Source: a bacterium (lineage in GTDB: Bacteria; SAR324; NAC60-12). From it: DNA of 64,000 nucleotides. The stretch is from assembly GCA_965233585.1 (NCBI GenBank), contig CBDDTI010000295.1:160001-224000 (forward strand). Direction: 5' to 3'. The position numbers were made by a program, and so were the translations under genes. The notes beneath the pieces are model-generated. The model ran no database searches, was not told the origin of the DNA, and saw only the letters and a list, made by a program, of their open reading frames with translations. Shown piece by piece: positions 51,341 through 59,648 of the stretch; position 1 is the stretch's first letter; each line of letters starts with the position of its first letter.

Positions 51341-53314
51341 ATGTCTATCTTTCCTCCACCTGAACTGGAAGATGGGGAGGCTCAAGATGTTGCCCCCCCT
51401 AAAACTGTTGAACATCTAGCCACTCAAGGCATTGTTCGCTATCCAGACTTAACGTCCAGAGTGGATTATGTTGAGACCATTCGCCAACTTTCAGACAGCC
51501 CTCATGGATTTTGCAAACAGGCTTTAAGCCAAGAAGAAGCCAATCGTTCTGTCGTGATTGTCGGTGCAGGAATGAGTGGCTTGATTGCCGCTTATGAACT
51601 CAAAAGAGCAGGCTTTCAAAACTTGACCATTCTTGATGCAGGAGACATGAGTCAGTCTGAAACCCAAACCCAAGAACCTTTGAGCTTTAGCCGAACTTAC
51701 ACCACTGCTGAAGGTTTTGAGATAGGAGCAATGCGTTTTCCAGACAAAGCCAAGTTGTTTTGGCATTATGTTGCCACCCGTCCCAGTTTGAAAACTCAAC
51801 CTGTGCAACCCTTTTCTAATCCCGGTCAAGTGCCAACCTTGCTCGTCTATCAAGGAGAATCCCACCTTTTTCAAAATCAAATCCAACCCCTTCCCCCCAA
51901 ATTTTTGAATATCAAAAAAAGGTTTGACCGCATGGTGGAACATCTGATGAAAGATAAAACGAGCCTACAATGGACAACTTCACAATTTACAAAAGTGTTG
52001 TATCAAGAACAACTGACTGAACAAGAACGCCACCAGATTAAAACCTACTGGAACGATTTTCTTTGTCATTTCAAAAACAAAAGTTTTTATGATGTGTTGA
52101 TAGAGGAAGGACAATTTGATGAGGAAGCCGTCAATATCCTTTACACCATCGGTTTAGGCACAGGTCCTTTTGGTGCTTTGTTTGAAGTGGCATTTGCCGA
52201 CATGTACCGCATTTTAATTTGGCAATACACTCAAGAATACAGCCTTGCTCCTCATTGCACTGTACAAGGAATCACTCATGCTTTTGCACAAGATTTTAAG
52301 ATTCGCACCAATACCAATGTAACAGGGGTCTGGCGTTGTGAAGGCGGGCAAGTTGTCATTGAAACTAACACCTTAGAACAAGGCAAAGTGAACACAGTCC
52401 ATGAAAAATATGACTATGCCATCATTGCCACTTCTCATCGCAGTATGTCACAAATGATGGGGTTGGCTGACAGTAGCAAAAGCAATCCTGAACGTCTACT
52501 AAAAAGTCCATTTAATCCCTACCATACTTTTCCCAATGAAACGATTTCTCAAGAGGCAGAAGTTTTTTTAAAACGGCTGATTGATGCCTTGCAAAAGACG
52601 TTTATGATTGACGCAACTAAAACTTTTGTCAGCCTCAAACAGCCTCCTTGGGAAGTCCCTGAACTCAAAGAAGACTGGCCCCGTATCCATGGTGAGCCTG
52701 TGCAAACCATCATCAGTGATACTTTATGCCAACAAAGTTATATCGTCACAACCAAAACAGGATATGGTTTGTTGTTAAGCTATGCTTGGGGAGATGAGTG
52801 TTCTCGTCAAGAAGGCTTGCAACATGTTCAACAGTCCTTGATTCCAGACTCATGGAAGGTGACATCAAACGTGCATGTCAATATCTTGCAACAAAGTTAC
52901 AATGAACTGGCGTTGGGGGGAAAATCCACCACTGAAACCAAAGTGTTATACAATCTCATTCAAAAATGTAATGCAGGTCTGTCCCCTGAAAACATTGCCT
53001 GCTACACCTTTTTTTGGCAACAGGCACCGGGAGTCTATGGAGGGTTCAAACTCAACAAACCCAATCAACATGAAGCTGTAACAACGCTTGCTCATCAAAA
53101 TGCAATCGCTCTGGCTTCTGATTCTGGTCAATCTTGGTTTCCTGAATCGTATCGTAAGATTTTTTTAGCAGGGGAGAGTTGTAGCTTTTACGGAGGATGG
53201 GTAGAAGGAGCCGCCTTTGCAGGAGTGAATGCTGCTGCTGGTGTCATGTATGAAATCAATCGTCATAAACTGCATGACAACGTTCGGAAGTTTGTGAGTC
53301 TGCCCAACGTCTGA
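51341..53314 (+). CDS. IaaM-like flavin amino-acid 2-monooxygenase, paralog 2
   Basis: GAGMSG, EIGAMRFP, IGLGTGPFG, LLSYAW, GGFKLN.P, LAGESCSFYGGWVEGA; 9 nt after the amidase. Confidence 0.85.
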   Translation: MSIFPPPELEDGEAQDVAPPKTVEHLATQGIVRYPDLTSRVDYVETIRQLSDSPHGFCKQALSQEEANRSVVIVGAGMSGLIAAYELKRAGFQNLTILDAGDMSQSETQTQEPLSFSRTYTTAEGFEIGAMRFPDKAKLFWHYVATRPSLKTQPVQPFSNPGQVPTLLVYQGESHLFQNQIQPLPPKFLNIKKRFDRMVEHLMKDKTSLQWTTSQFTKVLYQEQLTEQERHQIKTYWNDFLCHFKNKSFYDVLIEEGQFDEEAVNILYTIGLGTGPFGALFEVAFADMYRILIWQYTQEYSLAPHCTVQGITHAFAQDFKIRTNTNVTGVWRCEGGQVVIETNTLEQGKVNTVHEKYDYAIIATSHRSMSQMMGLADSSKSNPERLLKSPFNPYHTFPNETISQEAEVFLKRLIDALQKTFMIDATKTFVSLKQPPWEVPELKEDWPRIHGEPVQTIISDTLCQQSYIVTTKTGYGLLLSYAWGDECSRQEGLQHVQQSLIPDSWKVTSNVHVNILQQSYNELALGGKSTTETKVLYNLIQKCNAGLSPENIACYTFFWQQAPGVYGGFKLNKPNQHEAVTTLAHQNAIALASDSGQSWFPESYRKIFLAGESCSFYGGWVEGAAFAGVNAAAGVMYEINRHKLHDNVRKFVSLPNV

Positions 53315-53393
53315 TGGATACTTCCATCAAAGAAACTAAAGTCATTCGTCAATAAGCCGAGCGAGTCAATTCATTTTTTCAAATCAAACACTT

Positions 53394-55019
53394 ATGAAAA
53401 GTCCCCATTGGAGAGAAGTAGAACAAATGCGGTTTCAGCCTGTTCATGCCAAGCCTGCCCAAAGTGACATCATCATCGTCGGAGCAGGACCTGTTGGAAT
53501 GAGCCTTGCCATTGATCTGGCACAGCGAGGCATCAAGAGTCTTGTCTTGGATGATGAAAACCGTGTTTCCGATGGCTCACGTGCGATATGTTGGGCAAGA
53601 AAAACATTAGAGATTTTCACAAGGTTAGGCATTGGTGAGACCTTGCGAGAAGAAGGCATCCAATGGACAACAGGCAGAGTGTTCCATCAAGACAAACTCA
53701 TTTACAAACAACAACTCACTCCTGACACTTTCCCTGAAAATCCTTTTTTTGTGAATTTTCAACAATCCTTATGCGAGTACCTGCTTATCAAACGTTGTGA
53801 AGCCTTGAACATTGAGATTCGTTGGAAAAATAAGTTGATTGACTTTGAGCAAAATGAACAAGGAGTGTCGTTGCAAGTCCAAGCTCCAGATCAAAAGTAT
53901 CAGCTTCAAACCAAGTATTTGATTGCTTGTGATGGTGCAAGGTCTTTTGTGAGAAGGCAGCTGGGTTTGGAGTTTGAAGGTCAAAGATTCCGTGACCGCT
54001 TCTTGATTGTGGATATAGAAATGAAAGGGGAGTTTCCGCAAGAACGTTGGTTTTGGTTTGAGCCTCCTTTTCATCAAGGACAATCTACTTTACTGCACAA
54101 ACAACCTCAAAATGTGTGGCGAATTGATTTTCAACTAGATGCCAACCAAGAAACCAGCAATCAAGAACTCAAAAACGAGCAAGATGAAGCCTCAATCGCT
54201 AAGAGAGTGCGTGCTTTTTTGGGACGTGATGACTTGGAGTTTTCTATTGTGTGGTTTTCCATTTATTCGTTCACTTGCCGTCGTTTGAAGAACTTTCGGC
54301 ATGGCAATATCTTTTTTGCAGGAGACAGCGCCCATGTGGTGTCTCCATTTGGGGCAAGAGGAGGTAACGGAGGCGTGCAAGATGCAGAAAACTTAGCATG
54401 GAAACTTGCTGAAGTTTTGTCAGGGAAAGCACACCCCAAATTGTTAGACACTTATGAAGAAGAGCGGATTTCTGCTTGTGATGAAAATATCTTGCATTCT
54501 GCACGCACCACCGATTTTATGACTCCTAAATCCCAAAAATCGTATCAGTTGAGAAATGCTGTTCTCAAACTTTCACGTTTTCATCATTTTGCCAGCCGTT
54601 TAGTCAATGCAGGCAGAATGAGCTTGCCACATTCTTATCAAGGGGCAAGCCTATCTGGTCTCCTTCCACCAAACACCACCATTGCCGCAGGCGAGCCTGC
54701 CATTGATGTCCCTTTGACAAATGTGCAAGGAGAACCAACCTACTTACTCAGACACATTCAAAACTTCACCATTGTTGGATTTAGACGCCCACCTTTAGAA
54801 AAAGCCCTTGATTATGATGTTCTCAACATCAATTCTACCGATGGCACAACAACTTTGAACGATGCAGAAGGTTTGTTAGCCAAGCACTACTTCAAACATC
54901 ATAAACAAGGTGGTTATCTTGTCTTTCGTCCAGACCAACATGTCTTAGGTGTCTGTTTAGAAGAGACTCCAGAACAAGCCAAGTCTGCGATTGAGAAAGT
55001 GAGAGCAGGGAAGTTTTAG
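53394..55019 (+). CDS. Group A flavin aromatic hydroxylase (MhaA-like; candidate hydroxyphenylacetate hydroxylase)
   Basis: GAGPVG, DGSRAICW, ACDGARS, AGDSAH..SPFGARG.N.G.QD, RPDQH. Confidence 0.82.
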   Translation: MKSPHWREVEQMRFQPVHAKPAQSDIIIVGAGPVGMSLAIDLAQRGIKSLVLDDENRVSDGSRAICWARKTLEIFTRLGIGETLREEGIQWTTGRVFHQDKLIYKQQLTPDTFPENPFFVNFQQSLCEYLLIKRCEALNIEIRWKNKLIDFEQNEQGVSLQVQAPDQKYQLQTKYLIACDGARSFVRRQLGLEFEGQRFRDRFLIVDIEMKGEFPQERWFWFEPPFHQGQSTLLHKQPQNVWRIDFQLDANQETSNQELKNEQDEASIAKRVRAFLGRDDLEFSIVWFSIYSFTCRRLKNFRHGNIFFAGDSAHVVSPFGARGGNGGVQDAENLAWKLAEVLSGKAHPKLLDTYEEERISACDENILHSARTTDFMTPKSQKSYQLRNAVLKLSRFHHFASRLVNAGRMSLPHSYQGASLSGLLPPNTTIAAGEPAIDVPLTNVQGEPTYLLRHIQNFTIVGFRRPPLEKALDYDVLNINSTDGTTTLNDAEGLLAKHYFKHHKQGGYLVFRPDQHVLGVCLEETPEQAKSAIEKVRAGKF

Positions 55020-55097
55020 GCAAAAGAAACCGAATATTGATGACCTAAGTTGCTAGTAAATATTCTAAGTTTATGAGTTCACTGCCTAGTGTCTTTT

Positions 55098-57086
55098 TCA
55101 AGGAGTTTGCAAGTCGGTAATATGGCGGTAATACTCTAAGCACTCTGGATTGCCGATGGCTGACAGATTGCTAATCTGTTTGCCCATCACCACATCACGG
55201 ATACAAATTTCTGATACTTTGCCCGATCTAGTGCGGGGAATGTCTGGTACGGCAATAATTTTTGCTGGCACATGACGGGGTGTACAGGTGGTTTTAATGT
55301 GATTTTTTATCTGCTGTCTATACGCATCATGCAACTGCTGACCCTCTTTCATCACCACGAACAAAATCACCCGCACATCGTTTTGCCATGGTTGTCCAAT
55401 CACTGCACTGTCCCTGATTTTGTCAAAGGCGAGGACTTGGTTATAAATCTCTGCCGTGCCAATGCGGACACCGCCAGGGTTCAAGGTGGTATCGCTGCGC
55501 CCTTTAATCACATATCCAGTGGCGGTCTTTTCCACAAAATCTCCATGACACCAAATGTCTGGGTATTTTTTAAAATAAGCACTGCGATATTTTTGACCAC
55601 CTGCATCGTCCCAAAAGTAGATGGGCATACTTGGAAATGGTTTGACGCAGACAAGCTCACCCACCCCATTACTGATAGGCGTGCCATGGTCGTCCCATAC
55701 TTGGACAGCTTTTCCAAGCACAGGCGACACCAACTCGCCCCGATACACGGACAACAAAGGATTGCCCATTAAAAAACAACCGACAATGTCTGTTCCCCCA
55801 GAAAGCGAAGAAATATACACCCCTGACTTGACATGTGCTTGCAGCCAATCAAACTGGTTTGGTGCCAACACAGATGCAGTTGACCCTATCGTGCGTAATT
55901 GTGAAAAATCGTATTTTTTGTTGGGTTGACAATGATGATTTTGTAACATCTCGTAGTATTTTGCTCCTGCCCCCACAAACGATGCTTTTTCCACACTGAC
56001 ATATTCCATTAACACGTCCATATTGGGATACAAGGGAGACCCATCGTACAGCAATAAGGTTGCACCACATATCAGTTGCCCTACCAACCAGTTCCACATC
56101 ATCCACCCGCAAGTGGTATAAAAAAAGACCCTATCGTTAGGCTGAATATCGCTGTGATACATTCCCTCAATGGCAAATGACAGCAACATTCCCCCCACGC
56201 CATGAACAATACATTTTGGTTTGCCAGTGGTGCCAGATGAATACATAATGAACACGGGGGCATTAAATGGCACTGGCACAAACATCATCTGTTGTGGCAT
56301 GTAATCACAGATGATTTTTTCCCATGCCACATACTCATCGCCCATATGAGCTATGGAATCATCAGAATCATCGGCGGCAGTCTTTTTGGTCATGTCAAAA
56401 TACACAACCTGTTTAATTTCAGGGATGCTTGTCAGCACTTGTGACACCTTATCAAGGCTGTTGTGGAATTTCCCGTTATAGAAATATCCTGTGGCAGTAA
56501 ATAATATTTTTGGTTGGGTACTGCCAAAACGGTCTACAATCCCGCTCACTCCAAAGTCAGGAGAACAAGATGTCCACACCGCTCCAAGAGCTGTCGTTGC
56601 CAGCATGGCAATCACTGCATGGGGACTGTTGGGGACAAACCCCGCTACCACATCGCCCTTGACTACCCCCGCATCTATCAAGTATTGTTGCACTTGTGAC
56701 ACTTGGGCATGCACCATATTCCACGACATGCGGTATGCTGTATTTGCTTCAGTTTTAAAGACGAGACAATCGTCATCGCCACACTTTTTTAACAGATTTT
56801 CGGCAAAATTTAAGGTGCTGTCAGTCAAAAACTGCCCGCCAATCATGGTATGGGGATTGTCAACAATCCGCCTACCTTTGTGATAAAAAATAAGCGGAAT
56901 ATGACCACACAAGAACTGCCAAAATTTTTCTACTTCAGTAATAGAAAAAGTATGCAAATCATCGGCATTTTGCAAGTTTAGCCCATATTGTGTGTTCAAA
57001 CCTTGCATCAACCTGCCTATATTGCTGGTATGTGTGGCATCTGCAGGAGGACTACATATGGGAGTAGATAGACGTTGTTCTGTCAT
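55098..57086 (-). CDS. Acetoacetate-CoA ligase
   Basis: LNFAENLL, CSPDFG, YSSGTTGKPKCIVHG, YTTCGWMMWNW, SGGTD, GRSD.TLNPGGVRIGTAEIY. Confidence 0.95.
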   Translation of the reverse strand: MTEQRLSTPICSPPADATHTSNIGRLMQGLNTQYGLNLQNADDLHTFSITEVEKFWQFLCGHIPLIFYHKGRRIVDNPHTMIGGQFLTDSTLNFAENLLKKCGDDDCLVFKTEANTAYRMSWNMVHAQVSQVQQYLIDAGVVKGDVVAGFVPNSPHAVIAMLATTALGAVWTSCSPDFGVSGIVDRFGSTQPKILFTATGYFYNGKFHNSLDKVSQVLTSIPEIKQVVYFDMTKKTAADDSDDSIAHMGDEYVAWEKIICDYMPQQMMFVPVPFNAPVFIMYSSGTTGKPKCIVHGVGGMLLSFAIEGMYHSDIQPNDRVFFYTTCGWMMWNWLVGQLICGATLLLYDGSPLYPNMDVLMEYVSVEKASFVGAGAKYYEMLQNHHCQPNKKYDFSQLRTIGSTASVLAPNQFDWLQAHVKSGVYISSLSGGTDIVGCFLMGNPLLSVYRGELVSPVLGKAVQVWDDHGTPISNGVGELVCVKPFPSMPIYFWDDAGGQKYRSAYFKKYPDIWCHGDFVEKTATGYVIKGRSDTTLNPGGVRIGTAEIYNQVLAFDKIRDSAVIGQPWQNDVRVILFVVMKEGQQLHDAYRQQIKNHIKTTCTPRHVPAKIIAVPDIPRTRSGKVSEICIRDVVMGKQISNLSAIGNPECLEYYRHITDLQTP

Positions 57087-57105
57087 AGTCTTTGAGCCTT
57101 TCTGT

Positions 57106-58263
57106 TTATCCATTTGAGCAGTTTTCAATGCACATGGCAACGCCCATGCCTCCCCCTACGCACAGGGTGGCAACGCCCCGTTTTTGACCAAGTCTGTGCA
57201 AAGTATGTGTCAAGGTTGTCAAAATACGGCTGCCACTGGCACCGATAGGATGCCCCAAGGCAACAGCACCGCCATTGACATTGACCTTATCCGTATCCCA
57301 CCCCAGCAATCTATTGACCGCTATGGCTTGAACCGCAAAGGCTTCGTTGGCTTCAATCACATCAATCTCGTTGAGATGCCACCCCGCCCGTTGCAGTGCC
57401 ATTTGTACCGCCCCCACAGGACCTATGCCCATCAGTTCAGGGGCAACGCCTGACACCCCATAGGACACAATCCTTGCCAAAGGCGAAAGACTATGACGAT
57501 TGACATACTCTTCACTGCCCAATAACACCATTGATGCCCCATCGTTAATGCCAGAGGCATTGCCTGCGGTCACTGTGCCATTTTCTTTGTCAAATACAGG
57601 AGGCAAATCCTGTAAATCGGTCAATGTTAGATTGTGGCGAATGTGTTGGTCAGTGGCAATGCCATTGACAGTCACGATTTCATCGTTAAAATAGCCTTGT
57701 TCGGTGGCAGTTTGGGCTTTCTGTTGCGATTGCAAGGCAAACACATCTTGTTCCTCCCGACCAATATCATATTTTTTTGCCAAGTTTTCAGCAGTTATGC
57801 CCATGTGTGTCTGCCCAATGGCACACAACAAACCGTCCGTCAGCATCGTGTCCTTGAGTGCATCGGTGTTTTTTTGTGGATTTTTGCGGTCATAATAGGC
57901 ACAGAACTGTGAGAGACTCATGTTTTCTTGCCCACCGCTAAGTACACAGTCCAAACCACTTTCAATGCCTTGTACCCCCAAAATCACACTACGTAATCCC
58001 GACCCACACACTTGGTTAATGGTCAATGCTGGTGTAGATACGGGTATTCCTGCCGAAATAGCACTTTGACGGGCAGGGTTCATTCCCACCCCAGCGGTTA
58101 AAACCTGTCCCACAATCACATCCTGCACTCTATCAGGTGCAGTGCCAGATTGCTGTAATACAGCCCTCATACAGACGGTGCCTAAGCACACAGCAGAGGT
58201 GTCAGCAAAGGTTTTCATAAATCGCCCAATGGGCGTTCGTACAGCATGTAAAATATAGACCAT
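57106..58263 (-). CDS. Acetyl-CoA C-acetyltransferase (thiolase II)
   Basis: NPARQ, NQVCGSG, NEAFA, GHPIGASG, CVGGGMG. Confidence 0.95.
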   Translation of the reverse strand: MVYILHAVRTPIGRFMKTFADTSAVCLGTVCMRAVLQQSGTAPDRVQDVIVGQVLTAGVGMNPARQSAISAGIPVSTPALTINQVCGSGLRSVILGVQGIESGLDCVLSGGQENMSLSQFCAYYDRKNPQKNTDALKDTMLTDGLLCAIGQTHMGITAENLAKKYDIGREEQDVFALQSQQKAQTATEQGYFNDEIVTVNGIATDQHIRHNLTLTDLQDLPPVFDKENGTVTAGNASGINDGASMVLLGSEEYVNRHSLSPLARIVSYGVSGVAPELMGIGPVGAVQMALQRAGWHLNEIDVIEANEAFAVQAIAVNRLLGWDTDKVNVNGGAVALGHPIGASGSRILTTLTHTLHRLGQKRGVATLCVGGGMGVAMCIENCSNG

Positions 58264-58309
58264 AATGTGGCTCTTTTAGTGTTGATGAGGTTTTCTAACC
58301 CAAGGCTAG

Positions 58310-58519
58310 TCAATCAGGTTGCTGGGTGATTCGGTGAGCTTCTTCAACCAAGAATTTAAGACGTTCTGCATTGCCAACTTCATTGGCAAGTAAAAAAATC
58401 AAAGTCTGGCTGAATTGTGTAGATTGCTGCTCATCAAACGATTCATAAATATCAATCAACTGATGGTACAAGTCATCGGGGTTTTCTAAGGAATCAGGAA
58501 TGGTTTGGTTAGTCTGCAT
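58310..58519 (-). CDS. DUF2783-like small protein (MhaB-like coupling protein candidate)
   Basis: PDDLYHQLID...QS......LIFLLANEVG pattern; ATG 58519 overlaps the end of maiA; 69 aa. Confidence 0.75.
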   Translation of the reverse strand: MQTNQTIPDSLENPDDLYHQLIDIYESFDEQQSTQFSQTLIFLLANEVGNAERLKFLVEEAHRITQQPD

Positions 58520-59144
58520 CAGGTTGTTGTTGAGGTTGTGCTTGTTGAAAAGCTTGCAGTTGCAAAGCATTGTTTTGAATCTGTTTTAAGCGAGGATAGG
58601 AAGACAAATCAACCTTCCAACGTTCGGCATTATACAACTGCGGAATCAGGCAAACGTCTGCAAGGGTGGGTTCATCACCAAAACAAAACAGGTTTTGGGG
58701 ACTGACTTTCGCCTCAAGGATTGCAAAGGTTTTAGACATCCAATAGTTCATCCACTGCTGAGTCATCTCTTGCGTCAAACCATGTTCCTTTTTTAAATAA
58801 TTCAAAACTCCTAAGTTGTTGATGGGTTGGACTTCCATGGCAATATCATAAGCCACAGATAGCACTTTTGCACGCAGAGTTAAGTCTTTTGGAATCAATG
58901 CAGGTTTGGGTTGTATATGCTCCAAATAATCAATGATAACTAAGGATTGACAAAGACAAGTGCCATCATAGAGTTCCAAAGTAGGTAATACATTTGTTGG
59001 ATTTTTCTGCTGATACCAACTTTGTTGATGCTCCCTTTTTAAGAGATTGACAGGCACTAATTCATGCTCAATCTGTTTCAAATTCAAAGCAATTCGCACA
59101 CGATACGAAGAGCTAGAACGCCAATAGGTGTAAAGTTTCATCAT
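58509..59144 (-). CDS. maiA: Maleylacetoacetate isomerase (GST zeta)
   Basis: LYTYWRSSSSYRVRIALNLK, QPINNL, ADVCLIPQLYNA. Confidence 0.95.
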   Translation of the reverse strand: MMKLYTYWRSSSSYRVRIALNLKQIEHELVPVNLLKREHQQSWYQQKNPTNVLPTLELYDGTCLCQSLVIIDYLEHIQPKPALIPKDLTLRAKVLSVAYDIAMEVQPINNLGVLNYLKKEHGLTQEMTQQWMNYWMSKTFAILEAKVSPQNLFCFGDEPTLADVCLIPQLYNAERWKVDLSSYPRLKQIQNNALQLQAFQQAQPQQQPDAD

Positions 59145-59550
59145 AATTTTGTAAAGCGGGAGTTATTCAAGGGTTGCCAGCAAACGGGTGATGAAAAACG
59201 CAGATAAACCACACAACCTTCGGGTTCTGCCCGCAAACTATAACCTAAAAAATCACCTTTGTCTAGTCAATTCTTGCATCTGCCTTGATATGTCTCAAAA
59301 CTTCGTCATTCACCTCATCGCACTCCTGTCTATCCATCTGCTCTAAAGGACTTTAAGCCAACACTCTCTAAATTTAATCCTGAGACTCTGGGTCTTCAAG
59401 AAAAAGACTTGTCATAAAAATATATATTTGATAAATTATTCTTTGTTGATGAAAAAGCGAGGGCAATGAAGAAATTTTTGAGAAACATTTTTTGTCGCTT
59501 GGGATATTTTCAATGTTTTCTTGCCATTTGATTTGGATTCAAAATAAATC

Positions 59551-59648
59551 CATACACTTTCATCTTATTTGATTATGAAAAACAACTCTTAATGAGTTAG
59601 AATAGAAACGTATTCATACACTTTCATCTTATTTAATTATGAAAAACA
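59551..59648 (+). repeat. 34-bp direct repeat (33/34 identical) covering the tolC-like start
   Basis: CATACACTTTCATCTTATTT(G/A)ATTATGAAAAACA at 59551-59584 and 59615-59648. Confidence 0.92.

Noticed and set aside
44455..53314. DavBA lysine-degradation interpretation
   Set aside because: DavA is a nitrilase-fold amidase, whereas this one is amidase-signature (IaaH/MdlY-like); no davT/davD; context is wholly aromatic. Not excluded biochemically.
59263..59337. 24-aa minus-strand ORF MDRQECDEVNDEVLRHIKADARID
   Set aside because: Too short, no RBS or recognisable homology
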